NCBI GenBank assembly: GCA_965287045.1
Contig: OZ336878.1
Span: 104,098,001-104,162,000 of the forward strand
Length of the DNA stretch: 64,000 nt
Direction of reading: 5' to 3'
Origin: Carcharhinus amblyrhynchos
Lineage: Eukaryota
The notes beneath the pieces were generated by a model. The model was not told the origin of the DNA. It ran no database searches and was given only the letters and a program-made list of their open reading frames with translations. A program made the position numbers and the translations under genes. Shown here one piece after another: positions 26,601 through 41,600 of this stretch (position 1 is its first letter; each line of letters opens with the position of its first letter).

Positions 26601-29600
26601 NNNNNNNNNNNNNNNNNNNNNNNNNNNNNNNNNNNNNNNNNNNNNNNNNNNNNNNNNNNNNNNNNNNNNNNNNNNNNNNNNNNNNNNNNNNNNNNNNNNN
26701 NNNNNNNNNNNNNNNNNNNNAGAACGGGAGAAGGAAAGAAAGAAAGACAGAAAGGAAGTAAGACAGAAAGAAAGGCAGACAGAAAGAAAGAAAGACAGAA
26801 AGAAAGAAAGGAAGGCAGAAAGAAAGAAAGNNNNNNNNNNNNNNNNNNNNNNNNNNNNNNNNNNNNNNNNNNNNNNNNNNNNNNNNNNNNNNNNNNNNNN
26901 NNNNNNNNNNNNNNNNNNNNNNNNNNNNNNNNNNNNNNNNNNNNNNNNNNNNNNNNNNNNNNNNNNNNNNNNNNNNNNNNNNNNNNNNNNNNNNNNNNNN
27001 NNNNNNNNNNNNNNNNNNNNNNNNNNNNNNNNNNNNNNNNNNNNNNNNNNNNNNNNNNNNNNNNNNNNNNNNNNNNNNNNNNNNNNNNNNNNNNNNNNNN
27101 NNNNNNNNNNNNNNNNNNNNNNNNNNNNNNNNNNNNNNNNNNNNNNNNNNNNNNNNNNNNNNNNNNNNNNNNNNNNNNNNNNNNNNNNNNNNNNNNNNNN
27201 NNNNNNNNNNNNNNNNNNNNNNNNNNNNNNNNNNNNNNNNNNNNNNNNNNNNNNNNNNNNNNNNNNNNNNNNNNNNNNNNNNNNNNNNNNNNNNNNNNNN
27301 NACATGTATTCATTTTGCTTTGTGCATATTTCCATTGACTTCTCATTGGTGGCATATTGATGCACCACTTCGATTGTTCCATATTAACACATACTTCCTG
27401 ATTTTGGTAGCCATACTTGTGAGTGGGCAAAGAGAGACCTCAACATGCGATAAGGGAAGATCTTTAGATCTGTAAGTCTAAGAAAGAATGTGCACTCTTG
27501 AGAGGTTAAGCATATTTTTGGCATCAATGAAGTTTAGCACAGCAGTTACAACGCAATTTCCCTGATAAAGATACCAACTACACGAGGAAATATTTTCATC
27601 TGGAGTTTGACTCTTGAAATCATTACTGCAACCCGGTGTATTATTTTGCAAATAAGTAAAGAAGATCAAAAATATTAACATGATACATGAGCAAAAATGT
27701 GAAGGATTGTGCACAAATAAACGACCAATGCAAGCAACACGTATCTTGGAATGAAAAGCAAAAGCACAATCTTTTATCAACCTTTGGCAGAACCTTTTCC
27801 TCGTAGTGCATGGATTTCTGTATATAAAAAAAGTATCAGAAAGTCAACACTTCAGTTTGAGTTGTTCCTTTTTGAAATTTGTGTCAGTGATTTGTCGTTG
27901 CCCAAACTATGTAAATCGCCCCCTGTGTTTGGGAAATATGCACCAAGATTTGCATTCTAAAGTCTACCTTAATAATTAACAAGCGCTGCAAAACAAAGAG
28001 CAGTTGCAGATTGAGCAATTATGTTTCAGAACAATTTTAAAGTATTCATTTGTAACGAATTACACAATATAGAGTTAAGCTTATAAAAGGTGAGCAATGC
28101 GATGTTACCTCTTTTGCTTGACAAATCACCACTTCACTTCCCGCCATTCCATTCACCAACACCCCTAATTCCCTCACGCGGTTTCTAATATGCATTAGTC
28201 ATTTGTATATGGAACATGAATTAAATTTGTCATTTTCTGTAGATATAAATCAGGAAGAATCACAAAATCGAACTGTGCAGTGCACGATTTTCAGATGGAT
28301 GGCCGTTAACAGGTTCAGAAAATGTTGAATAAAGTGCAGTATATAAAAGTAATTTGCGAGAGCAAGCATTTTACATTCATTTAACTATGACACTTTTATC
28401 AAAACATAAGGCCACAGAACAGCGGTACTGATGATTGCCCTGTATGCTCTACTGTTGACAATTTCTCAGGTACTGAAACAGCCGGTGTTCACATGTAGCA
28501 AGACTTGGGCAATGTTCCAGTTTCGACAAGTGATTGGTAAGTAAATCATACGCCACGAATTTATCTGCATTACGGTAGAAGAACACAGCCCCATTAAATA
28601 GCCAACGGCATTACCATTGTTGGCTGAACTAATGTCAGCGTTTTGAGTGGAACCTAGCTGAACCATTGATATAAATACTGCGTTTATAAAAACATGTTCA
28701 GATGTTTGGAATTGTCAGACGAGTAACTGATTGTTAAATTTCTCCACCCATCTCTAATTCACAAATCAGGATTATAATCGTATACTATGCACCTATTTGA
28801 GAGAGTTCCACTTCAACAGCGTTCAAAATGTCGACCTTAGCAGAAAAAGCAGACCACACGATCAGCTAAGCAACCCTCTCTGCCATCAGCGCATTGATTA
28901 ACAGTGTGCATAATGTACAAGATACGCTGCCCCAGTCTCCCACGGCAGGGCAATGCAATCCTTCCACTTTCTTTGTCTCGGGCACGAGAAGAATGGGAAC
29001 TCGATTAGTTTCCCTCTAAATCACATCTTACCCTGGCTTGGAAATATATCAACTTCTCTTCACCGTTACTGATCAACATACTGGAATTCCTTACCTCACT
29101 GCGCTGACCCATCAGTTGCACTACATGAACTGCAACTTCTCAGGAAAGAGATCCATTTCACATTCTTAATATCAATGAATGGACGATAAATATTGAGCTT
29201 TGAGCGATGCTCACAATCCATGTCTGAATGAAAAAAATACGTTTATATGGATTCGGTGAGCTTGGGAAGAACTTACAAAGTGGAAAACGTTGATGCAAAA
29301 TTAATTAGAGGAGAAATATTTGTCTTAAGAAGTGGCACGAGAGGGGTATGCTGCTTTTACTCAGAAAATTATGACATTGGGCGGTATGGTGGCACAGTGG
29401 TTAGCATTGCTGTCCCACAGCTCCAGAATCGTGAATTCGCTTCAGGTCCCTGGTGACTGTGGAATTTGCATGTTCTCCCCGTTTCTGTATGGATTTTCTC
29501 TGGGTGCTCCAGTTTCCTCCTGCAGTCTAAAGATGCAGGATTAGGTTGATTGGACATCCTAAGTTGCCCCTCAATGTCAGGCGAATTAGCAGGGTAAATC

Positions 29601-32600
29601 ACAAGGGTCGGATTTACGGGGATAGGGCCTGAGTGAGATTGCTGTTGATGCAGGCTCCATGGGCTGAATGGCCTATTTCTGATCTGTGTGGATTCTGTTC
29701 TACTGAGGCTAGTATTCGAGGAAATAGCTGCAATTAGATATTTTCCAACCATCCAATGTGTACTCTTTATTTAATGTGGTCGGACGCAAACATCATTTAC
29801 CTGCTGTTTTTTCCAAGAGTTGTCGCACTGCAAGGTAAATGACATTTGTAAGATTTAAATTCTGTTCGGTAAACTGATATATTTGGACGATTTTAAGCAA
29901 TCTTAATCAGTAAGTGTGATCCATAGTTTTAACATCCCCAAAGCAGATTGATAAACTGTGCATTCCTCCTTGCCTCCATATCAATGTCTTATTTGAACAC
30001 TGGTGACAATCGTTTTAGTCTTAATCGGGGCAGACTACGAAATGCTAAAACATCGGGCATAGTTTAATTAGATGGCAGGCTGTCATCGTAATCATCGCGA
30101 TTCCAAGAGGAAGTAATATTGAACTCCTAGACCCGATGTCAGACAGCAGACCATAAGACAAGGCGCAGAAGTAGGAGAATCCGATCCATCGAGTCTGCTC
30201 TGCTACTCCATGAGAGTGATTGATATGATAATCCTCAAAGTCACTTTCCCACCTGTCACTTTACAACATTGATCATCTTACTAAAAATCTTTCCGTCTCA
30301 GCCTTGAACACACTTGATGATTCCACCTCTAACCCTCTCTACGAAAAAGATTCAATTGATTCACCACACACACCGTGAGAAGAAAATACACCGCATTTCT
30401 ACCTTACTCTGAGATTATGCACCCTTTGAAGCCCTCATCTCTATTAATTAAGAATACTTAATCCAAAGCAACTAAGTTCACCATCCTTTCCTCCGTCCCT
30501 GAAGCAATTCTGCTATGCTAGAATAGTGTCAGCTGAGTTTTATTTGGGACCCCATTCTTTTCCGTCCTTTCATTCTCCTCTGATTTTCGTCCAGTGGGCT
30601 CTCCGTTCCTAAATCATGGGGGTTTTCATATCTCTTCCTGTGCTCACATTTGATGAGAGATCGTTTGTCATACATAACGAAAGCAGCCACTTCTGTGTGC
30701 TTATATTGTTGTCTGTGCGCCTGCGACCAAGGCTTATGTTTTTAGACCTGCAATTTTAATCTAGCATACCTGTCGGACAACTATGAGCGTGTTACAGGAA
30801 TTATGTTTATTGGAGGAACTAATGAAATTCGTTGTTCTACCTCTGTTCTCTTCCATCCTAAGGAGTTCCCGACTCGCACGCTAGGCCTAGTTTAAATATT
30901 TATTATCAGATGGGGAAGAAGTGACGTAGTGGGTATTGTCACTCGACTGGTCATTCAGAAACCGGGGAAAGACCTGGGGATTCGGGTTCAAATCCCACAG
31001 ATGATGAAATTTGGATTAAATTTAAAAATCTGGAATTAAAAATTTAAATCCATGAAACTACTGCTGTCAAAATCCATTTGGTACACGACTGTCCTTCAGC
31101 AAGGAGAATCTGCAATCTGACCTGGATTGGGCTCCAGATCCAGAGCAGTGGCACTGACTCTCAAGCCCTCTGCAACTGGGGGCAGTTAGGGATGCTAGTC
31201 AAGCCAGTGAACCTGCGTGCACACGCTACCTTAGATATCTATGTTAAAAAAGTAATTTGTCAAGACTGCTGAGTGTCGAGTGCCCGACTGACATTATGAA
31301 CTAGGCCAATCACGTCTGCAAAAGTACTTGAGGAGATGTAGCTCATGGTCATGTAAGGCCCAGTTTATGACACTGTAACACATCAGCGAGGGAGAGAATT
31401 AACTGAGCACTTAGTTTCAGCGGTTGATCACACGGTTGAATATGCCTTGCGCATGTGAAGTGGGAGAGAGCCTGAGTGAGGCCGTCAGAGTGGGATTGGA
31501 ATTTGGTAATTTGGAGCAGTGTGGTAATGTTTTTTTCAGTAATAAGTGTAGTGATATAGTTAGTTGGTAAAAAATGAACTACCCTACCCAAATAGCTGAG
31601 TAGCAGTTATTTGCCAAACACCTAAAGAATGATCAGAGGCAAAAGATGTAAGTTGTATTCTTCTGTTTGAAACCTATCTGGTGTGTGAGTCATTTTTGCC
31701 CAGCTGAACATGAAATAAGAGACAGTCATAAGAATACTCTCAGCAAGCTTTGTGCACGTGAAGGGGGAGACAGCCTGAGCGAGGAGACAGAGTGGGATTG
31801 ATATTTGGTAATTTGGAGCATTGTGGTAATTAAAGAGGGAAGCGGTAAATTTAATTTTCCCGTTTTTTTCAGTTATGAATTTAGTTGTCTGTCAGTTGAT
31901 AAAAATGAGCTGCTCCCACCCAAAAAGCTGACCGGTAGTTATCTATCAATCACCTGAAGATGATAAGAGTCAAAAGGTATAAAACGCACTCTTCTGTTTG
32001 AAGTGTAACTGGTGCGTGATTATTTCAGTCCAACTGATCTCGAGATGCATAAGCACACTCTCATTAAGCTTGTGCACATGAAGTGGGAGAAAGCCTGATT
32101 GAGAAATCCAGAGTGGGATTGAAACTTGGTCATTTTGGGTAGTGTGGTAATTCGATGCAGCGTGGGAGGAGGTGCTTCTTCCGTTTTTCTTTTGTTTACT
32201 TTCATCTTGCTTTGTGACTGTTTAGCTGTATGGACAGATCCAGAAAGCATCCTGGGAAGGTAAATGATATAAAGACGTAGCTCGGGTATCGGCAGCGTTA
32301 AGTGAAGGTAAGAGTTTAATTAACTTTCTTACATAATTTAATTGCTGATAGAAACGTTCGTGAGTGGGGCTAAGTGCTGCATTTGTTAGATATGGGAGAC
32401 CATGACTCTTCTAGTGTCTTGGGCGACTACATCTGCAGGAAGTGGATCCAATAGGCCACATGGATAGGTTTGTGCAGCTGTTGGATGCTCTTCGGAGTAT
32501 GAAGGTGGCGGAAAGCGTCATAGACAGGAGTTTCAGTGATGTGATGACACCCAAGGTGCAGCCAGATAGACTGGTTGACCATTGGATGGAGTAGGCTGTC

Positions 32601-35600
32601 AATTCAGGATTCTCCTGTGGCCATGCGCCTATCTAACAGGTATATTGTTAGCGGCAATATCTTATCAGGGGATAGCAGCAGCAGCAGCAACCAGTGTAGT
32701 GGCACCACGATTGGCTCTGTTGTTAAATACAGAGGGACAAAATTCACTAGACCAATATTTAGAGGGCGCTGAATAGTTAGGGATACAGATACGCGCTTCT
32801 TTGGACGTGAAGGAGACTCCAGGATGGTATGTTGCCTCTGTCGTGCTAGGATCCAGGATTCCCTGAACGGGCAGAAAACATTCTGAAGGGAGAGGGTGAA
32901 TAGCAAGTGATCGCGGTACCTATTGGTAACAACACAGGTCAGAACAATGACGAGATCCTGCAACAGCAGTTTAGGTAGGTAGTTAAAAAAAAGGGCCCCT
33001 ATGGTTGTAATCTCAGGATTACTCTCTGTGCCACGTGCCAGTGAGACTAGAAATATGAATATAGTCCAGCGCAACACATGGCTACACAGCTGGTGTAGGA
33101 TGGAGGGTTTCACATACCTGGGCCATTGGGATTCCTTCCGGGGCAGATGGATCATCTACAAGAAGGACAGGTTACTTCTAAACTGGAGGGGCATACATAA
33201 TTTGGCCGGGAAATTTGCTAGTGTCATGCCGGAGGATTTAAACTAGTTTGGTAAAGGGGTAGAAAACAAAGCAAATGTTAATTAACTGGAAGAAAATTCA
33301 GGAGTCGGGCCAGTAAACCCCACATGAAGAGCATGCATGGTTTCGTTGCTGCTCGAATACGGTCTTGTGCACTGAAGAGCATTTGTTTCAATGCGAGAAG
33401 TGTAGTAGGTAAAGCAGATTAGAATAGAGCTTGAATTAGTGTTTGGAACTATGATGTTTTTACCATTAAAGAGAATTGGTTAAAGGAAATACAGGACTGG
33501 CAGCTTAACATTCCAGGATACAAATATTTCACGCGGGATTGAGGGGTTGTAAAAGGTATGGGGGAATTGTACGATTGGTTAAGGAAAATGTCACAGCTGT
33601 GCTGGGGGAGGACACCTTGGAAGGCTCATATGACGGGTCAAGATAGATAGAGTTCGGGCAGAGGAAGGGTGTAGTCAAAATGTTGGGGGCCTGCCAACAG
33701 CCAGTGGGAGATAGAGGAACAGATATGTAGGCAGATTTTGGCAAGGTGTAAAAGTGGCAGGGTTGCTGTGGTGGGTAATTTTAACTTCCCCTGCGTTGTC
33801 TAGGACTCAACAAGTGTAAGGTGCCTGGATATAGCAGAATTTGTAAGGGCCATCCAGGAGGGCTGCATGAACCAGTATGTCGATAGTCCAACTCCTGAAG
33901 GGGCCGTTCTGGGCCCGGTACTGTGGAATGAGCCCGGACAGGCGATCACTGTTTCAGTAGGGGAACAGTTCGGGAAAAATGATTTCAATTCAGTAAGCTT
34001 TAATGTACTGCATAGATAGTTTGAACAATTAGATCATGAATTAAATAACGGAACCACTGAAGTTTTAATCTCCTGATTGGGACCCAATGTTGGCATTGCG
34101 TATGCAAAATTGGGAGCTGAATGCGTCATTGAAAGACTGCTGTGGGAGAAGTGGGTTATTGTGTGTGCGCCATTGGCAACAGCACTGGGAAAGTGGGGGC
34201 TATATCTCTGGGATGGCCTACATCGAACCGTGCTGAAACCAGGGTTCTTGCAAACAGTGTAACTGGTATTTAGAGAAGACCTTAAAGTAAATAGGAACGG
34301 AATGGTTCTGTGGGAGAGCACGTGTGCATCCAATGTGAAAGGATATGGCACAGTAAGACGTCTCACAACACCAGGTTAAGTTCCAACAGGTTTATTTGGA
34401 ATCACAATCTTTCGAAGAGCTGTTCCTTCATCAGGTAAGTGTGTGGGTAGATTTCACAAACACGACATATACAGCCATAGGCTCAATTGCAAGGTATAGT
34501 TGGAATGCAAGTTTTTAAGCTAATCAAATGCTCACCGGTACAGACAATGCGAGTTGAGAGAGGGATAATCACAGGTTAAAGAATTGTAAATAGTCTCAAG
34601 CCAGGACAATTATTGGATTTTGGAAGCCCAGACCAAATATTGGGATTACATGTAGTATGAAATGAAGCCAAGATCCCAGTTGAGTCCATCCTCTTGCATG
34701 CGGAACTTGACTATTAATTTTTGCTCGGCGATTCTGCTTTGTTGTGTGTCTTGAAGGCCATCTTGGAGAATGCTTACCCAAAGATCGGAGGCTGAATGTC
34801 CTTGACTGCGGAAGCCCTCCCCAACTGGAAGGGAACACTCCTGCCTGGCGATTTGTCGCACGGTGCCCACTCATCCAACTTACTCCCTGCGTGGGAGATC
34901 TCTACTTCCTCCAAAGAACACAAGGCCAACACACCCGGGGGTCCCTTGGTATCAGTCAATGGAACCCCATGTGAGAACCTCTCTGGCTACATCGAAGGCA
35001 TCTGGAACCCATCGTACAAAGGAACCCTCAGCTTCTTCCGTGACACTACGGACATTTACAGAAACTCAGCACCAATGGACCAGTTGAATCAGGAACACTC
35101 CTCGCCACAATGGACGCTTGGCACTCTACACCAACATCTCCCGAGACAACGACATTGCTGCAGCAGCTTTTTTCTCAACACCGACAACTGCCAATCTCCA
35201 GACACAATTCTACAACTCATCTGGTTCATCTTGGTCCACAACGTCTTTTCATTCGACAACCAGTTCTTCATCCAGCCAAATGGAACAGCCATGCGGACCA
35301 CACTGGCACCTCAGTCTGCCAACACCTTCATGGAAGTGTTCGAACAAAACCTTGTCACCATACAGGACCTTGAACCAGCGCTATACACCAGAGATATCAA
35401 TGACATTTTCTTCTTTTGGACCCACAGCAAAGAATCACTGAAAGGTCTACACGATGACATCAACAAGTTCCATCCCATCAGCAGACGCTATGGATTACTC
35501 TTCAGAATCGGTTGCATTCTTAGACACATGCATCTCCATCAATGACAGTCACCTCAGCACTTCCCTCCACCGGACGCCCACGGATAACCTCACAATTCTC

Positions 35601-38600
35601 CACTTCTCCAGCTTCCACCCTCAACACTTTAAAGAAGCCATCCCCTACGGACAAGTCTTTCATAAACACAGGATCTGTTCAGACGAAGAGGAACACAACA
35701 GATATCTACAGACACTAAAAGACGCCCTAGTAAGTACGGGATACGACGCTCGACTCATCGATCATCAGTTCTAACGCACTGCAGCAAAGAACCGCAATAT
35801 CTTCTCAGAAGACAAGCATGGGACATGACGGACAGATTGCCCTTCGTCGCCCAGTAGTTCTCCTGAGCAGAGAAACTACGACACCTTCTTCAAAACCTTC
35901 AACATATCATTGCTGAAAATGAATCTCTCGCCAAGGCCATTCCTCCCCTCCCCAACTGCTTGCCTTCAAACAATCACAGAACCTCAAAGAGGCCATTGTT
36001 AGCAGCCTTCAGGAGAAAAGCGACTATGGCATCACACAAACCTGTCATGACAACCTCTGCAAGACGTGCCAGAACTTCGGCATGGGTGCCATGATCACAT
36101 GTGAGAACACAACCCACTAGATACATGATGCTTACTCATGCGACTCAGTCAAAATTGTCTATCACATCCGCTGCAGGAAATGATGTCCAAGACGTGGTAC
36201 ATTGGCAAAACCATGCAGATGCTACTACAATGGATAAGCAGACACTGCGCAACAATCACCAGGCAGAAGTGTTCCCTTCCAGTTGGGGAGCACTTCAGCA
36301 ATCAAGGACATTCAGCCTCCCATCTTTGGGTAAGCGGTCTCTAAGGTGGGTTTCAAGACACACAAGAATGCAGAAGCTCCATGCAGATACTGATAGCCAA
36401 GTTATGCATGCATGAGGATGGCCTCAACTTGGTTCTTTGGTTCATGTCATACTATGTGTAAACCCCACCAGTTGGCCTGCACTTGCAAAATCCTACTAAC
36501 TGTCCTGGCTTGTGACATTCATACCTCATTAACCCGTGATTATCCCTCTCACCACTTGCATTGTCTGTGCTTGTAAGGACTTGATTACCTGAAAAGACTT
36601 GCATTCCAACCATTATCTTGCAATTGAGCCTTTGCCTATATATGCTACGTTTGTGAAAGCTACCTCTTCACTTCCTGATGAAGGAGCAGCTCTCCGAAAA
36701 CTCGGCATTTCAAATAAACCTGTTGGATTTGGACATGGTGTTGTGAGACTTCGAACCGCGCCCACTCCAGTCCAACGATGGCATCTCCACATCAAAGGCT
36801 ATGGCAGTATTGGAAGTTCACATAATGATTTGCAGAGTATCAAGTGAAGGGACAGAGTGTACAAAACAATAAACCACAGCAGTAACTGGAACTAAAGTAG
36901 AAAAAGACAGTAAAAAAACCAAAGAAAAATGTGTTTTTCTTAAATGCACATCATGTATGGTATAAATTAAATTAATTAATGGCACATGTTCAAGCTAATG
37001 ACTATGCTTTTATCTTGATGTGTGTACAAGTAGATCGAAGTTTCGAACTAAATATTCAGGGCAATGTGACTTTTTGTAGAAAAGGCTGGAAGAATGCATG
37101 GCACGTGTTGGTGCCATGCATTCTTGTTGATACAAGATGGAATAAGTATGATAGCAACAAATGACCATGGATTGGAAGAATTCATCTGACCGCTGCTCAG
37201 AAATAACCAGGGAAGGACCCATATGGTGGGAGTAACCTATAGCCATAGCTACATCATAGGATGGAAAATTAATTGGGTGATACCGTTGGCATGTAAAAAG
37301 TTGGTGCATTAATCATGGGTGAATTTATTCTTCATGTGCATTGCGAAAATTATGTTGGCAGAGGTAGACATGCTGACAATTCAATAGCATGTAATGGGGA
37401 CAGAATCCTGGAATAAGATGCCGTGACCCAGACAGGAAACAGGTTTTTTGGATCATGAATGTGTAATGAGGCAATTTTAATCAACTAAGTCAGAGTAATA
37501 GATCTCCTGGGTAACAGTGGCCACAACAAATCGAATTTAGCATTTACTTTGATGGTGATGAACCTGGGTGAAAACCAAGTATGCACGAATTAAAGAAGGG
37601 TGATCACAAATAAACGAGAATAGAGGTGGCTGGTGTAGACTGGGAAAAAAATTCTTCAGAAGATAAGATGTAGATCAGCAATGGCAGACATTTATGAAAA
37701 TATTTCATGACTCACAAAGAGGACATACTCCAGTGAGGAAGGGAATTCTTGGAAGGGGATGGATCAACTGTCCCAGGAAATTAGGATAAACTGCTAGTGA
37801 AAGACTAATAAATCGGTGTAGATGAATTTAGAAATAATTACTGTACAGAAAAGGTATAAAGTGCTTGCAAATACAGAGGTACAGTTGCACTGAAACACAT
37901 AAAACTACTGCTACAAAATTTAAATATGTGTTTTTGAAATATTCTGCACATGTTTGCAAAAAGAGATTGCCACAAGGATAATGGAATGAAAGCTAAGTGA
38001 GAGAAACCACATTTTTAAAGAACAATACAGCCATTGAGGATAGTTTTTATTAGTATAATTTACAATTTCCAAGACACTAACATGAATGGTGCAATTCAAT
38101 TTCTACTGATAAGAAACACTGGGCAGACAATGAGAATGATAGTGCTTGAACGATACAACCTAAGTGATTGAGAGACTTGTAAGCGACAAGTGGGTGCAAA
38201 TTTCCAGAATCTATGGACGAATTAATTTGCATGCTGCCAGAGGGTAGGAAGTAATAGGCCAAAGGTAAATAATCAATTTTAGCACGATTGAGCTGTCCTA
38301 TTAAGATGGACAGATTTGGCAAGCAGATGATTTCTGAAAACGTATAATTGCGGAACATGTTGATAATGTAATTAGAATAATTTAAGCTGCCTCAAAATGC
38401 TCTCCCTCCATGGTGGAACCAAACCCGGGCAATAAATTGCGTCTTCAAATCAGAATTACTGTGTTCTTTGTTATTGCTGAGCTGTATTAATAAGGAAAAA
38501 TCTCCTACATGAAGTCAGCAAAATACATAGGTCTTTGAAAAATTCTTACTTCAACCTTGATAAACCAAGAAAACTAAAGGTGTGAGTAAACTAATTTACA

Positions 38601-41600
38601 CAATTTAGCGATGATTAGTAGCAAGCCAGAAGACGTGAACAGTTTTGAAAAAAAAAAGACAGCCAAAATAATATAAAGAGGGGGGAGGTAAAGTATGATG
38701 TTAAAACCAGCAACGCCAAAACGAAGAGCAAATGGCTCTTGAAATACATGAACAGAAAAAGGGGCCAAAGTAAGCATCGGTCTTTTGATGAATTGAGACT
38801 GCACAGCACGAGGGACACGGGTTCGATTGCCATCTTGTGTCACTGTCTGTGTGGAGTTTGCACCAAAGCATGGAATGCCCTGACCTGCCCACCTAACCCC
38901 ACATGCCAATACTTGGCCCATAGCTTTGAATGTTATGGAATGCTAAGTATTCATCAGGTTCTGTTTAAGGATGTGAGGCATCATCGCTCCACTATCATCT
39001 CAGGCAATGCATTCCAGACCGTCACCATGTTCTGAGTAGAAAGGATTTTCCTCAAATCATCTCTAAACCTCCCATCCCTCACTTTGAACTTGTGTCCCCT
39101 CTTAACTGACCCATCAATAACGGGAACTACTGCTCTCTGTCCATCATGTCCATGCCTCTCATAATCATGGACACCTCAATAGGGTCGCCCCTCAGTCTTC
39201 TCCATTCCAGCGAAGATAAACGAAGCCTGTTTGTTTTCAACTTAAATATTCCATCCCAGGCAGCATCCTGGTAATTCTCCTCTGCACACCTCCAGTGCGT
39301 TCACGTCCTGTGGCAAAAGTAAAATTGGCAAACTCTTACTGGTTCTTTGCAGAAGTTGTTTACATTCTGAAAAATAAATGCATGTTGTCAGAAAGGTATT
39401 TGAAAACAACACAAAGGCATTTCTTAAACATTGTCACAGAAAAACTATGAAGGACCATCCAACTATAGTAAAGCTATGGCGCAGGAAGTAGTCAATAAAT
39501 GTTTGCACCAGCCAGAAAAAAATATTAGCCACTCATTTTAGTCTATTTTTCCAGCACCCAGCCCTTAGCTTTGCATTTTAAAATACTTTGTATGAAGATC
39601 CAGGTACAGCCCTTAATGTCAATGCGCACAACTTCATTTTTTTTCACTTTAATCTTTTCCTGTCAATTTTATACTCTTTTATTCTATCCATTTTACTTTC
39701 GATGCTCATTTTATCCTCCACACAGCTTACCTTCTGACCTATAAATGTATCGTCGGCAAAACTGGCTATGATGTAATCGGCACCTTTGCCAAAATCATTA
39801 ATGTAAGTCGTAAATGCGTATGGTCCCAGCACGTATCCTTACAAATCGATTTTCGTTATAGTTCTCCTGCCTGCAAATAATCCATTTATTATGACTCACT
39901 GTTTGCAGTTAGTTAGCCAAAGTTCCATTCTTGTAATTATTTCACTCTTTACAGAATGAACTTGTGCAGTAATATTCAGATTAGTATCTTATTCCATATC
40001 TATTGGAAATAGGAGTAATTCCACATCAATTGGTTCTTCTTGATTCAACCTTCAGCCAAGCTTAGCCATTTTTTCCTTCAATCTATGCAAAAGTTTCAAC
40101 CATCCATGATTATGGCTGTAGTTTACTTCCAAGGTCGAATTATATCTCCATTTTCCTGACACACTGACCTCTCTGTAATTAGTCTACTATAGAGTTCTGT
40201 TGAAAATCGAAGCAACTTCGAGAAACAGCACTTCATCTTGCAAGTGACATTTTACAACGTTTTTGATGAAGTATTGAGTTCAACAAATTAGATGGTAACC
40301 TCTGTGTCATTCTGCTATTTTTATTCGTTTATCTCTCTCGCTGTTTTGTCAGTTATGTTGTGTTCAGAGGACAAATCTTTACTCATTCTCAGCTTCTCTA
40401 AGTATATTTTGTTTTGGCTCTTTACACATCCTCTTGGTCTTACTCCAATCAATATTTGTCCTTTATTGTGTCCTTCCCATCGGCTAATCACTAATCTCAT
40501 CTTTAGTTCCTTTCCCATTCCCTTTCTTCATTTACTCAATAACTATTGCCAACTGATTCCGCGTTGTAATTTACCGGTACGGACGTTAACTTTTTCTTTC
40601 GGCACCAGTACGGCCTGAATTACTGTCTATTTCCAAAGTGTTCTATTCATATTCCACGTTATTTTCTTGTTGTAACGCATTCCAAACACTTCAAAAAATT
40701 GTGTTAACACAAGATATAAACGTCTGCAATAAATTACGAGTCCTCCATTCAAGAGAGACCTGATTTTAAGTCGCTTAAAACGACTCATTATTTGTATGAA
40801 ATTATTTAGTTTATTAGTCACAAGTGAGCCTTAGTGCAATGAAGTTACTGTGGGAGAAAGTACCAGCGACCTAGTTCAATTCCTGGCTTCTCCTCGCACA
40901 ATTACCTCTAATCGCTACAATCCGGCGCCTGTTCACGTCAATTAACCTAACCAGTATGTCTTTCAGATTGTGGGAGGAAACCGGAGCACCCTGAGGAAAA
41001 ACAAGGAGAGACGGGGAGAACGTGCAAACTCCACATAGACAGTGAACCAAGCCGGGAAGCGAACCCGGGTCCCTGGCGCTCTGAGGCAGCAGTATTAACC
41101 TTTGTGCCACCATGCCGCCCTATTTACTACCCCTAATGATACACCGTAATGAGATTTTCCTGGGTAAGTATGTTTGAGAGAATTTAAACTTCTTAGAGAA
41201 CCTCCCTGCTGCCTGCCGGTCAACTAATCAAAAGCAATTCTGTGAGTCTTCCGTTAAGCTCCATGGAACGTCACAATCTCAAGCTTGAGATGTGGTGGGC
41301 TTTTTGAACTGACCTTGATCCAACTCATTCAATCTTAAACCAAGATGATTGTATTCATCGCTGGCATTATCAAGAGCCAATTCTAGATATGCATTAATCT
41401 ATGAATCCGAATCATACATTATGTTGCGTCGTTTACCTTTACACTTCGGGTCAATTCCTAATAAAACCGAAAAACAAAAAGCAGATCAAACACTTTCTGT
41501 TAAATTCACAGCACGTACGTGATACGAAGGTCATATTTGATCGAATCGTCAGTAGAAAGGGAAAGCAAAAAAGCGGGTACCTGGAGCGGCATAGAAACAA

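Noticed and set aside
26370-27430. Long ORFs (285-332 aa) in the track
   Set aside because: Artefacts of translating through N gaps and a GAAA tract.
29379-29460. tRNA-like sequence
   Set aside because: It is the tRNA-derived head of a SINE, not a tRNA gene.
38550-38573. 24-nt candidate exon with gtaag donor
   Set aside because: Contains an in-frame TGA in phase 1.
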